A stretch of 64,000 bases of DNA from Pirellulales bacterium (GCA_040901675.1 JBBDYJ010000031.1:89220-153219), one strand, 5' to 3'; shown: positions 53,074-63,774, counted from the first letter of the stretch. The notes: generated by a model from the sequence alone, not told the origin. Translations and numbers: made by a program.

Positions 53074-54255
53074 ATGAAAGTGGGGGTCGTCAAGGAAAGC
53101 TGCCCGGCCGAGCATCGCGTGGCGCTGGTGCCCGCCGCGCTGCCGCCGCTGGCCAAGGCCGGTCTGGAGGCACTGGTCGAGACGGGCGCGGGGCAGGACG
53201 CCGGCTATCCCGACTCGGCCTACCAGGAAAAAGGGGCCCGCATCGCGGCGGACCGTGCCGAGGTCTTTGCCTCCGCCGCCGTGGTCCTCGAGGTCCGCGC
53301 CCTGGGAGCCAACCCCCAGGCGGGCATCATCGACCTGGGATTGGTGCGGCCCGGCCAGGTGCTGATCGGTTTTTGCGATCCGCTCGGTTCGCCCGCCGCC
53401 GCGCAGCAACTGGCGGCCCAGGGAGGCGTGCTGTTTGCCATGGAGCTGATCCCCCGGATCACGCGGGCCCAGAGCATGGACGCGCTGTCGTCGATGGCCA
53501 CCGTGGCCGGCTACAAGGCGGTGCTGGTGGCCGCGGCCGCCTTGCCCAAAATGTTTCCCTTGTTGATGACCGCCGCCGGCACGGTGTCGCCGGCCCGCGT
53601 GTTCATCGTCGGGGTGGGGGTGGCCGGTTTGCAGGCGATTGCCACCGCCCGCCGGCTGGGGGCGGTGGTGCAGGCCTACGACGTGCGCGCGGCGGTCAAG
53701 GAGCAGGTGCAGAGCCTGGGGGCCAGGTTCCTCGACTTGCCGCTGGAAACGGACCAGGTGGAGGGGGAGGGGGGATACGCCCGGCAGCTCGACGAGAGTT
53801 TTTACCGCCGCCAACGGGAGATGATGCTGGAAGCGATGGCCGCCAGCGACGTGGTCATCACCACCGCCGCGGTGCCGGGCAAAAAGGCGCCGATCCTCGT
53901 GACCACGGAAATGGTGCGGGCCATGGCGCCCGGCTCGGTGATCGTCGACTTGGCCGCCGAGCGCGGCGGCAATTGCGAGCTGACGCGACCCGACGAGACG
54001 GTGGTACACCAGGGGGTGACCATTCTCGGCCCGAGCAACCTGGCCGCCACGGTCCCTCATCACGCCAGCCAGATGTACTCGAAGAACATCTCCACGCTGC
54101 TGGTGCACCTGGTGAAGGAGGGCAAGTTTTCCTTCGACTTCGACGACGAGATCACGCGTGAGACGCTGGTGGCCCACAACGGCCGGATCGTTCATCCCCA
54201 GGTGCAGAGCGCCTTGGACGCCGCCTCGGCAACCCCCAGGGCGGCGGCCGATTGA
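53074..54255 (+). CDS. pntAA: NAD(P) transhydrogenase subunit alpha, part 1
   Basis: EHRVALVP; PRITRAQSMDALSS; GVGVAGLQAIATA; DLAAERGGNC. Confidence 0.95.
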   Translation: MKVGVVKESCPAEHRVALVPAALPPLAKAGLEALVETGAGQDAGYPDSAYQEKGARIAADRAEVFASAAVVLEVRALGANPQAGIIDLGLVRPGQVLIGFCDPLGSPAAAQQLAAQGGVLFAMELIPRITRAQSMDALSSMATVAGYKAVLVAAAALPKMFPLLMTAAGTVSPARVFIVGVGVAGLQAIATARRLGAVVQAYDVRAAVKEQVQSLGARFLDLPLETDQVEGEGGYARQLDESFYRRQREMMLEAMAASDVVITTAAVPGKKAPILVTTEMVRAMAPGSVIVDLAAERGGNCELTRPDETVVHQGVTILGPSNLAATVPHHASQMYSKNISTLLVHLVKEGKFSFDFDDEITRETLVAHNGRIVHPQVQSALDAASATPRAAAD

Positions 54256-54297
54256 CCGCATGCTGTCAACGAAGCTCGAGCGACAAGCGAAACAACC

Positions 54298-54645
54298 ATG
54301 CTCCAGACAACTTTTTATACCACCCTCTTGGCCCAGGCGGCCCCGGTGACCGGCGGCGCGACGCGGCTTTCGCTGGTGGCCGGCCTGACGATCTTCGTGC
54401 TGGCGATCTTCGTCGGATTCGAGATCATCCGGAAGATCCCGCCCACGCTGCACACGCCGCTGATGTCGGGCTCCAACGCGATTTCGGGAATCACCGTGGT
54501 GGGGGCGATGCTGGCCGCCGGCGCCGACCTGCCTTGGTTCGGCGCGCTGCTGGGTACGGTGGCCGTGGTGCTGGCAATGATCAACGTGGTGGGCGGTTTC
54601 TTGGTGACGCACCGCATGCTGCAAATGTTCCGCAGGAAAGATTGA
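54298..54645 (+). CDS. pntAB: NAD(P) transhydrogenase subunit alpha, part 2
   Basis: LHTPLMSGSNAISG; NVVGGFLVTHRML. Confidence 0.95.
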   Translation: MLQTTFYTTLLAQAAPVTGGATRLSLVAGLTIFVLAIFVGFEIIRKIPPTLHTPLMSGSNAISGITVVGAMLAAGADLPWFGALLGTVAVVLAMINVVGGFLVTHRMLQMFRRKD

Positions 54646-54648
54646 CCT

Positions 54649-56028
54649 TTGGACAAATCCTCGCTGATCAATCTGACCTACCTGGTCTCGGCCGTGCTGT
54701 TCATCCTCGGCCTCAAGGGGATGACGCACCCCCGCACCGCCGTGCAGGGCAACCTGTCGGGCGCGTTGGGCATGCTGCTGGCGATCGGGGCGACGTTCGT
54801 CGACCCGCAGACCTTTGAGTACACGTGGATCGTGGTGGGCCTGGTGCTGGGATCGATTCTGGGCGCGGTGCTGGCGGTCCGCGTCCAGATGATCGCCATG
54901 CCCCAGATGGTGGCGCTGCTCAACGGCTTCGGCGGCGGGGCCTCGATGCTGGTGGCCGGCGCCGAGCTGTTCAAGGCTTCGCCGCCGGCAACGGCCGAGA
55001 CGGTGGCCATGGTCGCCTCGGGACTGATCGGCACGGTCACGTTCACCGGCAGCCTGGTGGCCTTCGCCAAGCTGCAGGAGCTCTATTTTTCCAAGCCCTT
55101 GGCCTTCGAGGGGCAGCAGGCGGCCAACGCCCTGCTGGCGGCCGCGGCGTTGGGTTTCGGCGCGCTGGTGGTCGCCAATCCGGAGTATGGTTGGGCCTAC
55201 TTGGCCGTGGTCGTGCTGTCGTCGGTCCTGGGCGTGCTGTTGGTGGCGCCGATCGGCGGGGCCGACATGCCCGTGGTGATCGCGCTGTTGAACTCCTACT
55301 CGGGGCTGGCGGCGGCGGCCACCGGCTTCGTGCTGGGCAACAGCGTGCTGATCATCGCCGGTTCGCTGGTCGGCGCCTCGGGCGTGATCCTGACGCAGAT
55401 CATGTGCAAAGCGATGAACCGATCGCTGACCAACGTGCTGTTCGGCCGGATGCAAGCGGCGCAGGCCGGCTCGCCCGCCGACGACGTCTACGGCGGCCGG
55501 GTCAAGTCGGCCACGGCCGACGACATTGCCATTCTGTTCGAGTCGGCCCGCCGCGTCGTGATCGTGCCCGGCTACGGGCTGGCGGTCGCCCAGGCGCAGC
55601 ACGCGGTGCGCGAGCTGGCGGGGCTGCTGGAGGCCCGCGGCACGGAGGTCGAGTATGCGATCCACCCGGTCGCCGGGCGCATGCCGGGGCACATGAACGT
55701 GCTGCTGGCGGAGGCCGACGTGCCCTACGAAAAGCTGAAGGAAATGGACGAGATCAATCCCAGCTTTGCCGAGACCGACGTGGCGCTGGTGATCGGCGCC
55801 AACGACGTGGTGAACCCGCTGGCGCGCACCGATCCCAAGAGCCCGATTGCCGGCATGCCGATCTTGAACGTGGACCAGGCGAGGACCGTAGTGGTCATCA
55901 AGCGGAGCTTGAGCCCCGGTTTCGCCGGTATCCCCAATCCGCTCTTTGCCATGGACAACACGTTGATGTATTTTGCCGATGGCAAGAAGGCGGTACTCGA
56001 TCTGGCCGCCGCCGTCAAATCGCTGTAG
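54649..56028 (+). CDS. pntB: NAD(P) transhydrogenase subunit beta
   Basis: MPQMVA; IGGADMPVVI; HPVAGRMPGHMNVLLAE; GANDVVNP. Confidence 0.97.
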   Translation: MDKSSLINLTYLVSAVLFILGLKGMTHPRTAVQGNLSGALGMLLAIGATFVDPQTFEYTWIVVGLVLGSILGAVLAVRVQMIAMPQMVALLNGFGGGASMLVAGAELFKASPPATAETVAMVASGLIGTVTFTGSLVAFAKLQELYFSKPLAFEGQQAANALLAAAALGFGALVVANPEYGWAYLAVVVLSSVLGVLLVAPIGGADMPVVIALLNSYSGLAAAATGFVLGNSVLIIAGSLVGASGVILTQIMCKAMNRSLTNVLFGRMQAAQAGSPADDVYGGRVKSATADDIAILFESARRVVIVPGYGLAVAQAQHAVRELAGLLEARGTEVEYAIHPVAGRMPGHMNVLLAEADVPYEKLKEMDEINPSFAETDVALVIGANDVVNPLARTDPKSPIAGMPILNVDQARTVVVIKRSLSPGFAGIPNPLFAMDNTLMYFADGKKAVLDLAAAVKSL

Positions 56029-56107
56029 CCGGCGAGCGGCTGAAGTCGGCAACTCGAAGCCCCGCCTCCGGCGGATGGAAAACTCTCTCGTCGCAGGAGT
56101 CGAACCG

Positions 56108-56449
56108 ATGTCCCAGCCACGCTTTCAATCGTTCGCGGAGTTCTGGCCGTATTACGTGCGCGAGCACAGCCGGCCGGCCACGCGCTTCTGGCACTTCTGC
56201 GGCACCACGCTGGCGCTGGCGCTGCTGGTTGTGGCGGTCGTTTCGCAGAGGTGGCTCTTGCTGGCGGCGGTCCCGATTTGCGGCTATGCCTTTGCCTGGG
56301 GCAGCCACATGCTGATCGAGCGCAACCGCCCGGCCACGTTCAGCTACCCGCTCTGGTCGTTGTGGGGCGACTTCAAGATGTGGGCCATGATCGCCACCGG
56401 ACGCATGCCCCGCGAGGTCCGCCGGATCCTCGAATCGCAGCCGGAATAG
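56108..56449 (+). CDS. DUF962 / Mpo1-like membrane protein
   Basis: FAEFWPYYVREH; YAFAWGSH..ERNRPATF.YP.WSL.GD. Confidence 0.9.
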   Translation: MSQPRFQSFAEFWPYYVREHSRPATRFWHFCGTTLALALLVVAVVSQRWLLLAAVPICGYAFAWGSHMLIERNRPATFSYPLWSLWGDFKMWAMIATGRMPREVRRILESQPE

Positions 56450-56472
56450 GCGCGCGAAGGACGCATCGCACA

Positions 56473-56531
56473 GTAGGATGGGCATCCTTGCCCGTCTGGC
56501 CCGTTCGAGACGGCCTGGGAAGGCCGTCCTT
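56473..56531. repeat. REP-like inverted pair between convergent genes
   Basis: GTAGGATGGGCATCCTTGCCCGTC ... GACGGCCTGGGAAGGCCGTCCT. Confidence 0.6.
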
Positions 56532-56540
56532 GCGAGAGGG

Positions 56541-56885
56541 CTAGATGCGGATGCCGCGCTTGCGGGCCAAGGCGCGCAGCGCAAACTCGAAGTACTGGAC
56601 CTTTTTTGTAGGCTTCTTGCGGGCCCAGTTGAACGCGGTTTGAACCGTCCTCCGCGGCAATACGCCCTGGTCGACCAGCTCCAGCACCCGGGCGATGAAG
56701 GCGAACTCGACGTCGCGCCGGGCCCTCAGCCCCTTCTCGAGCTGCGTCTTCAAATCAACCGTGACGCCGCTGGTTGTCGAGCCGGCGTCGCCCGAGGCGC
56801 CTAGGAGCTCCGCCTGCTCCAGCGCGAACCAGCACAAGCTTGCAAACAAGGCGAACAAGGCGGCCAACGCGGTGCGCTTCGCCAT
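56541..56885 (-). CDS. Small secreted hypothetical protein
   Basis: Signal peptide; DLKTQLEKGLRARR; YFEFALR. Confidence 0.65.
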   Translation of the reverse strand: MAKRTALAALFALFASLCWFALEQAELLGASGDAGSTTSGVTVDLKTQLEKGLRARRDVEFAFIARVLELVDQGVLPRRTVQTAFNWARKKPTKKVQYFEFALRALARKRGIRI

Positions 56886-57129
56886 GGCGAAAAAGCTCCC
56901 GGAAATCAAAGAGAAAAAGAACAAGTTGCTGCCCGCTCATTGATGAACCTGACAGCCCACAACGGGCCGCGGGCTTGTAGCCAAATCGGCTCGCCGCCGC
57001 AAGGCGGCTTGCGACGCGGTGTCTGCCGGCCGGCCGCTGACCAAATGCCCAACTTGCGCCGATGCCCCGGCTTGCCTGCCAACGGGACTTGGCCCGTTTT
57101 GCCCGTGTCGCGTATCATGGGACTGACAG

Positions 57130-59109
57130 ATGAAAACACCCCGTGCAAACCGCCGTACCCCATGGCCAGTCCTGTTGGCCGCGGCCGCCACCTGTTGGCT
57201 GGCGTCCGCTGTATCGGGCAATTCGGCCGAGCCGGCCGCCCCACCGGGCGAGCAAGACTCTCCGGCGGCTGACGAGAATTCGGCAGCGCCATCCACCGGG
57301 CAAAACCCTTCCGCCGATCGAGCGGCAGCGGGCGAAGTGAACCGGCTGATCGACGAACTGAACCACGATGAGTACGATGTCCGTGAGAGAGCCGCCTCCA
57401 AGCTGGCTCAGTTGGCGCGGCAGCCCGAGATGCAGGCCGAGCTGGCAAACCAGGTCCAGCGGGCCTTGCTCTCGCCCCAGACGCCTTTCGAAGTCCGCAG
57501 CCGGCTGGCCGCCCTGGCCCGCAAGCTGCCGCCGGCCGGCGAGCCGCCCCCGGCCGACGTCTCGGACGACCAGCTCGATCGGCTGATCGCCCAGATGGAT
57601 GCCGCCTCGTATGCGATGCGCCAAGGCGCCGCCGCTCGCCTCCAGTGGCTGGCGGCCCGGCCGGAGTTGGCCTGCCCGATCATGGCGAGGTTGAAGGGCA
57701 GCCTGGCCGGGCCCGACTTATCGGCCGAGCTGCGCGAGCAGATGGCGCCGATCCTCCAGACGGCGCGGCGGGCGTGGCTGACCAGCGAGCCGCGGTTGTG
57801 GCGGCTTGACGACGTGCCCGACCAGCAAATCGAGCGCTGGCTGGACGAACTGGTGGCCGAGCACGATCCCCGCGCCAGCGGCCGGCCGGCAACAGCCCGG
57901 CGGAACGGCGACGACGCAAGGGCTGAATTGGGTAGCGAGGACCCTGAGCCCGAAGCAGCGACCATCGCGGCCGGCCTTCCGCGCGGGGTCGCCGGACAAT
58001 CGGGCCGCGATCGCGGCCGGACCGGGCCGTCACAATTCCTCGAAGGACCAGCCCGCGAACTGGTCGACTTGATGGTCCGCGACGAGTATCTGCCGCGAGT
58101 CAAGCAGGCGATCGAACGGCGATTGGCCGAGGGCGTTCATCCCGGGGCCGAAGCCCGGCTCACCGAGCTCGTGGATTGGACCCGGCCGGCCATGGTGGCC
58201 GAGTATTGGGAAGCCAGGCGGCACTTGGGCATCCAGCACCTGCTGATCGGCGTGCCCAGCTTTTCGCCCCTGGCGGAACGGCCCAGCCACTTCGATCGGA
58301 TCGACGAGCGGACCGCCCACTGTGTCAGCGGCAACGCCTTGACGGCCGGCCAGGACTATCCGGTAGGGGTGCTATTTCCGCATCCCAAGCGGGCCAATGC
58401 CCAGTTCCACCTGGTCCATCTGCCCACGCCGCGGCACCGGCTGGCTTACGAGTACCTGGTCAAGGTCGACGAGGCCAGGCGGCTGGTCGAGTTGAGCGAG
58501 CGCACCTTGTCGGCCCTGCTGGCCGAGAAGCGAGGGTTGTCGGAGGCCGAGCTGATGATGCTGCGGCACCTCGACCCGGGGGCCGTGTCGCGGTTTGCCG
58601 GGCGGTACTTGCTGGCCGTCGACGACCAGCCGTTGCCGGGCGATTCTCCGCGGCGGGGCTGGAGCGGCGCGCATGCGGGGCTTTGCCTGGTGTTGGCCAT
58701 CGAGGGGACGCGCGAAGCGGTGCCCGGCCTGCTGGAGGCGATCGAAGCCGAACGCTTCACGGCGCCCGATCCCGTGTCGCCTCACGACTGGCCCTGGATC
58801 GCCGCCTTGGCGATTGCCCGTCGCGATCCGTGGCCCGAGGCCGACGCCTGGCTGGCCGGCCTGGTCGAGTCGCGGCATTCGCTGAGGGTGGTCGGCGAGA
58901 GCCAGCCCCCACTGGGCGCCACGGCGGCGGCGATCCTGCTTGCGCGGCACGGGGAATCTGCCGACCAGTTCGGCCTGGTGCCGGCCTCCGATCAGCAGAG
59001 CGGGGCCATCGGGCTGACGCTCTATCGCTTCGTTTCGCCGCACGCGGCACGGCGAGTGCTCGCCTGGTGGGAGCGGGCGGCGGCTGCCAAGCCGCAGGCA
59101 ACGCCGTAG
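57130..59109 (+). CDS. Secreted hypothetical protein with HEAT-like N-terminal helices
   Basis: Signal peptide; LIDELNHDEYDVRERAASKL. Confidence 0.7.
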   Translation: MKTPRANRRTPWPVLLAAAATCWLASAVSGNSAEPAAPPGEQDSPAADENSAAPSTGQNPSADRAAAGEVNRLIDELNHDEYDVRERAASKLAQLARQPEMQAELANQVQRALLSPQTPFEVRSRLAALARKLPPAGEPPPADVSDDQLDRLIAQMDAASYAMRQGAAARLQWLAARPELACPIMARLKGSLAGPDLSAELREQMAPILQTARRAWLTSEPRLWRLDDVPDQQIERWLDELVAEHDPRASGRPATARRNGDDARAELGSEDPEPEAATIAAGLPRGVAGQSGRDRGRTGPSQFLEGPARELVDLMVRDEYLPRVKQAIERRLAEGVHPGAEARLTELVDWTRPAMVAEYWEARRHLGIQHLLIGVPSFSPLAERPSHFDRIDERTAHCVSGNALTAGQDYPVGVLFPHPKRANAQFHLVHLPTPRHRLAYEYLVKVDEARRLVELSERTLSALLAEKRGLSEAELMMLRHLDPGAVSRFAGRYLLAVDDQPLPGDSPRRGWSGAHAGLCLVLAIEGTREAVPGLLEAIEAERFTAPDPVSPHDWPWIAALAIARRDPWPEADAWLAGLVESRHSLRVVGESQPPLGATAAAILLARHGESADQFGLVPASDQQSGAIGLTLYRFVSPHAARRVLAWWERAAAAKPQATP

Positions 59110-59182
59110 GGACGCTTTTCGGCAGGTCTTGGGCTAATGCCGGCCGGCGGGGCGGGGCGATGAACTCGTGAGGGGTGGTAGC

Positions 59183-59212
59183 TTGACAGCGGCCGTTTCG
59201 CCCCGGTATATT
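59183..59212 (+). promoter_or_regulatory. Sigma70-type promoter
   Basis: TTGACA-N18-TATATT. Confidence 0.55.
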
Positions 59213-59349
59213 GCACTGCGCCGAAAGTGCTGCCGCCATGCGCTTTAAGACGACACGCCTGGTGCGGCGGCACTGGCAGTGAACCTGCCACGCCCTCACG
59301 CCTGCAAACATCCCACCCGTTTACCGAGACAGCTCCGGAGGCAACAGCG

Positions 59350-60810
59350 ATGCTAGTGATTCCCGGAAGAGCCGGCAAGGACACCTGCGATGGAGTAACC
59401 CGCCGTGAAGTGCTGCGGGTCGGCGGGTCGGCCGCGCTGGGTATTTCGCTGGCCAACATCCTCAGGCTGCAGCGGGTGGCCGCGGCCGAAGGTCAAGGCG
59501 GTGGGCCCGGTTGGAACAAAGCCAAGAGCGTGATCCTGGTCTTCCTGCAAGGCGGACCCAGCCATCTCGATTTGTGGGACCCCAAGCCCAACGTGCCGGA
59601 CAACGTCAAGAGCGTCTTCAATCCGATCGACACCAAGACGCCCGGCTTGCAGGTCACCGAGATTATGCCCAAGTTCGCCCAGGTGACCGACAAGGTCACG
59701 ATGATCCGCTCGATGAGCTACACGCCCATCGGGTTGTTCAACCACACGGCGGCCCACTACCAGTTGCTCACCGGCTACACGGCCGACAAGGTCAGCCCGT
59801 CGGGCCAGCTCGAGCCGCCGAGCCCCAAGGACTACCCGAACATCGGCTCGAACATCATCCGGCTCAAGCCGACCGACGTGCCGATGCTCCCATTCGTGAT
59901 GATGCCCCGCCCGATGCAGGAGAGCAACGTGGTGGGCAAAGCGGGCACGGCCGGGTTCCTGGGCCGCGCCTACGATCCCTACTATCTCTATCCGCCCGGC
60001 GACGACATGGACATGGACAAGATGTCGCGCATCAAGGTCGAAGACTTGCAACTGCGGCCCGAGGTCTCCAGCGCCCGGCTGGAGCGGCGGGCCCGGCTGC
60101 GCGACGTGATCAAGGACGGCATGCCCGCCATCGAGCAAGCCACCGCCAAGTACGACCTCGACGAGTATTACGAAAAGGCCCTCTCGCTGGTGATCTCCGG
60201 CCGGGCTCGCGACGCCTTTGACCTGGGTAAGGAATCGGCGGAGACCAAGGAGCGATACGGCAACAACACGTTCGGCCAGAGCTGCCTGTTGGCCCGCCGC
60301 CTGGTCGAGGCCGGCACGAGTTTTGTCGAGATCAACTGGCCCAAGGTGGCCAACTCGGACAACCACTCGTTCGACGTCCACGTGGGGCTTTCTGACCGGA
60401 TGCGCAAGCAGGCCGGTCCGATGCTCGATGCGGGCCTGTCGGGCTTGATCGCCGATCTCGACGAGCGGGGCATGCTCGACGAGACGCTGGTGGTGGCCAT
60501 CGGCGAGTTCGGCCGCAGCCCCAAGCGCGGCGTGAGCACGTCGGGCAATACGAACAGCGACGACGGCCGCGACCACTGGCCGTATTGCTACACGGCGGTG
60601 CTGGCCGGCGGCGGCGCGAAGCGCGGTTTTGTCTACGGCAAGTCCGACGCCACCGCTTCGGCCCCGGTCGAGAGCCCGGTGCACCCGATGGAGATCCTGG
60701 CCTCGATTTACCATGCGGTGGGCATCGATCCCACGACGCTGGTTTACAACCACCTCAACCAGCCCCGCGAGTTGGTGCAGGCCCATGCCGTCACCAGCCT
60801 GTTCGCCTAG
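59350..60810 (+). CDS. DUF1501 domain protein (Tat signal)
   Basis: [40 protein letters not shown]. Confidence 0.95.
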   Translation: MLVIPGRAGKDTCDGVTRREVLRVGGSAALGISLANILRLQRVAAAEGQGGGPGWNKAKSVILVFLQGGPSHLDLWDPKPNVPDNVKSVFNPIDTKTPGLQVTEIMPKFAQVTDKVTMIRSMSYTPIGLFNHTAAHYQLLTGYTADKVSPSGQLEPPSPKDYPNIGSNIIRLKPTDVPMLPFVMMPRPMQESNVVGKAGTAGFLGRAYDPYYLYPPGDDMDMDKMSRIKVEDLQLRPEVSSARLERRARLRDVIKDGMPAIEQATAKYDLDEYYEKALSLVISGRARDAFDLGKESAETKERYGNNTFGQSCLLARRLVEAGTSFVEINWPKVANSDNHSFDVHVGLSDRMRKQAGPMLDAGLSGLIADLDERGMLDETLVVAIGEFGRSPKRGVSTSGNTNSDDGRDHWPYCYTAVLAGGGAKRGFVYGKSDATASAPVESPVHPMEILASIYHAVGIDPTTLVYNHLNQPRELVQAHAVTSLFA

Positions 60811-60837
60811 AGCGGGCGGCAACCCAAACGATTCGCC

Positions 60838-60874
60838 AAGGGCGATTCCGGAACCAACGGAATCGTCCTTTTTT
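60838..60874 (+). terminator. Rho-independent terminator
   Basis: AAGGGCGATTCCG-loop-CGGAATCGTCCTT followed by a T tract. Confidence 0.75.
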
Positions 60875-60922
60875 GTTGGCGTCATCCGCTCACCCTGTTG
60901 ATAAACTGTTGATAAACAATGC

Positions 60923-61669
60923 TCAGAGCAGGCGCAGCCGCTCTCTTTCCAGGCGGTCGGCGATGAAGGCGATCGCCGCCGGGCCGATGTGGTTGTAGTA
61001 CGCCCACCCGTGGCCGCCGGACGAGGTCTCCAGGTCGCACTCGTGCGGGATGCCTAGCGCGGCCAGCTTCATCCGCAGCTTCTCGGCGCTCTCGTGCCAG
61101 CGATGGTCGGCCGGGTCGCAGGCAAACCAGATGTTCCGCGGCCAGTTCAAGGGGTGTACGTGCAACGTGGCCGTGTCCTGCCGGGCCGCCTCGGCGTCGG
61201 GATACATCTGGGGCAGCGTCGCCTCGTCCTCGTCATGGAAACGCACCTGGTAATCGATGGCCGGCGCGATGGCCGCCACGATCGGGAACTTGTTGGGGAA
61301 CTTGAAGGCGAACCGCAGGCCACCCTGGCCGCCCATGCTCGTCCCCAGCAAGGCGATCCGCGGCGGCAACGCTTGCCAGCGCTGGTGCACGTAGGGCAAC
61401 ACGTGCTCCAGCAGGTGATGCTGGGCGCTGTAGCGGGTGTCGAACTCGGGGCAGATCTTGTCCGTCCACCAACTACGCGCGGTGAACGGCGCGATCACGG
61501 CCAGGCCGTGCCGCGCCAACTCCCCCGTAATGATCGGGTTCTGATCCAGGCGGCCCAGGTGCACGCCGTGCAGGTAGATCACCACGTAGCCGTGCGGGTT
61601 GCGCGCGGGCGGCTCGTACACGTCGCAGGCGTGCCCGGCCACTTCGATCTTGGTCCAGTTGAAGTCCAA
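60923..61669 (-). CDS. Alpha/beta hydrolase (esterase, S-formylglutathione hydrolase-like)
   Basis: YLHG; GTSMGG nucleophile elbow; GGHGWAYY. Confidence 0.85.
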   Translation of the reverse strand: MDFNWTKIEVAGHACDVYEPPARNPHGYVVIYLHGVHLGRLDQNPIITGELARHGLAVIAPFTARSWWTDKICPEFDTRYSAQHHLLEHVLPYVHQRWQALPPRIALLGTSMGGQGGLRFAFKFPNKFPIVAAIAPAIDYQVRFHDEDEATLPQMYPDAEAARQDTATLHVHPLNWPRNIWFACDPADHRWHESAEKLRMKLAALGIPHECDLETSSGGHGWAYYNHIGPAAIAFIADRLERERLRLL

Positions 61670-61674
61670 GGCAG

Positions 61675-61965
61675 GAGTCGGGATTCAGGGGTCAGGGGTG
61701 GCACTGCTTGGAGGTCCCGCTCCCGGCGCGCCGTGGGGACCGAGAAGCAGTGATGCGCTGTCCGAAGTCAGTGGTCCGAAGTCCGAAGTCAGGTATACCA
61801 GGGAATAGGGGACAGCGAACAGGGGACAGCCGGCAGTCGGCGGCTGGGTGGCTGGGGCAAAGCGATAAGCGTGCCCCAGTTGCAATGTGAGGAAGTTAAT
61901 TTTTCGGCTGATCCTAAAACTCCCTAAGTGCTAAGTCCAAAGAGCCAAGATCCTCCTAAGGTCCT
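61675..61965. repeat. Composite intergenic repeat cluster
   Basis: GTCCGAA heptamers, GGGGACAG repeats, inverted family A palindrome (61846-61880), CCTAAG/CCAAG heptamers. Confidence 0.75.
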
Positions 61966-62035
61966 CCTGCGTCTTGACACAACCGGCGGCAGGGACGATT
62001 GTGGGTTTTTTCGGTCGCGGCCCTGGGGGCCAGGC

Positions 62036-62593
62036 ATGAAGCTGATTCTAAGCGAAGAGCAGATCCGAACCGGGGTCCGCCGGATGGCAGACGAAATCAA
62101 TACCCATTACGCGGGCCGCTCGCTGACCATTATCGGCGTATTGACCGGCAGCGTGGTCCTGCTGGCCGACCTGATCCGGTTGCTCGACATCCCATTGCGC
62201 GTGGGCGTGGTGCAGGCCCGCAGCTACCGGGGCGGGGCCACGACGCCGGGCAAGCTGGTCGTGAACGCCGACCTGCTGCCCGCCGTGCGGGGGCACGACG
62301 TGCTCTTGGTCGACGACATCTTCGATACCGGGCACACGCTGCTGGAGCTGGTGGCCCAGTTCGACGAGCTCGCTCCCCGCTCGCTCCGCTCGGCGGTGCT
62401 GCTGCGGAAGCAGGGCCGGCAGCGCGTGGCCCTGGTGCCGGACCACGTGGGCTTCGACATACCCGACGCTTTCGTGGTGGGGTACGGGCTCGACTACCAA
62501 GACGCTTACCGCAACCTCCCCTACGTGGCCGCCCTGGACGAGGAGCTCGCGACTCGACTGAGCTCGCCGAAGTCCGAAGGGTCGCTGACGTGA
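62036..62593 (+). CDS. hpt: Hypoxanthine phosphoribosyltransferase
   Basis: IGVLTGS; VLLVDDIFDTGHTL; FVVGYGLDY..YRNLP. Confidence 0.95.
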   Translation: MKLILSEEQIRTGVRRMADEINTHYAGRSLTIIGVLTGSVVLLADLIRLLDIPLRVGVVQARSYRGGATTPGKLVVNADLLPAVRGHDVLLVDDIFDTGHTLLELVAQFDELAPRSLRSAVLLRKQGRQRVALVPDHVGFDIPDAFVVGYGLDYQDAYRNLPYVAALDEELATRLSSPKSEGSLT

Positions 62594-63774
62594 GCCCGCC
62601 CCGCCTGGTGCTGGTCACGCGCCGCTTCTGGCCGCTGGTCGGAGGGGCCGAAACGGTCATGGCCCGGCTGGCCGCCGCTTTCCAGTCGCGCGGCGCCGCG
62701 ACCACGGTGCTCACGGCACGCTGGCAGGCCGACTGGCCGGCCGAGATCGAACACCATGGGGTCCGCGCCGTGCGGCTGCCCAACCCGGCCGCGCGCGGCT
62801 GGGGCACCTGGCGCTACATGCAGGCCCTGGCTCGCTGGCTGCGGACCAACCGCTCGCAGTTCGACCTGGTCTACGTGTCGATGCTCAAGCACGACGCCTA
62901 CGCGGCCGTGGGCGAGGGGCGGCGAGGCGGCTTCCCAGTCGCCCTGCGGGCCGAGGGCGCCGGTTTGACGGGCGACTGCCACTGGCAGCTCAACGCCCGC
63001 TGCGGCCTGCGAATCAAGCGGCGGCTGATGCAGGCCGACGCCCTGCTGGGGCCCAGCCCGGCCATCGAGCGCGAGCTGATCGCCGCCGGCTACCCTCGCG
63101 ATCGGATCCACTATCTGCCCAACGGCGTGCCTGTTCGGCCGCCGCGCCAGCCGTCGGAGCGGCAGGAGGCCCGCCAGGCACTGGCTGAAGCGGACGGCGT
63201 TTTCGCGCTTGCTCCGGACGCACCGCTGGTCGTCTACACGGGCCGGCTGCACGAGATGAAGGGCCTCGATCACTTGCTGTCGGCCTGGCCGGCCGTGCTG
63301 GCCCGGCATCCGGGGGCACGGCTGTGGCTGGTGGGCGAGGGACCGTTTCGGCCGCGGCTGATCGAGCAGATCGAGAACCTGGGGCTTTCGACCAGCGTCC
63401 TGCTGGCGGGGCTTTACGACGACGTGGAGGATTTTTTGCTGGCGGCCGACGTGTTCGTCCTGCCATCGTTGGAAGAAGGGATGTCGGTGGCGTTGCTGGA
63501 AGCGATGGCCGCCGGCCTGCCGGTGGTGGCCAGTTCGATCGCGGCCAATGCGCCGTTGGTTGAAGATGGCCGGCATGGGCGGCTGGTTCCGCCGGGCGAC
63601 TCGGCCGCGCTGGCCGCCGCCTTGGCCGAGCTGCTCGAGCAGCCGGACGCCGCGGCGCGGCTTGGCTCCAGCGCGCGCGAGCGGGTCGAGGCCCGGTTTT
63701 CGATTGCTCGCATGGTCGAAGCGCACCTGGAGCTGTTCGATCGGCTGCTGGAGCGTCGCAAGACGCCGGCTTGA
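62590..63774 (+). CDS. Glycosyltransferase family 4
   Basis: WPLVGGAE; PNGV; YTGRLHEMKG; FVLPSLEEGMSVALLEAMAAG; GTGA overlap with hpt. Confidence 0.93.
   Translation: MSPPRLVLVTRRFWPLVGGAETVMARLAAAFQSRGAATTVLTARWQADWPAEIEHHGVRAVRLPNPAARGWGTWRYMQALARWLRTNRSQFDLVYVSMLKHDAYAAVGEGRRGGFPVALRAEGAGLTGDCHWQLNARCGLRIKRRLMQADALLGPSPAIERELIAAGYPRDRIHYLPNGVPVRPPRQPSERQEARQALAEADGVFALAPDAPLVVYTGRLHEMKGLDHLLSAWPAVLARHPGARLWLVGEGPFRPRLIEQIENLGLSTSVLLAGLYDDVEDFLLAADVFVLPSLEEGMSVALLEAMAAGLPVVASSIAANAPLVEDGRHGRLVPPGDSAALAAALAELLEQPDAAARLGSSARERVEARFSIARMVEAHLELFDRLLERRKTPA

Noticed and set aside
53065..56052. 995-aa minus-strand ORF and other long antisense ORFs (e.g. 7847-9394, 26956-28998, 34826-36604, 59353-60885)
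   Set aside because: Shadow frames of well-supported genes in high-GC DNA, with no recognisable motifs
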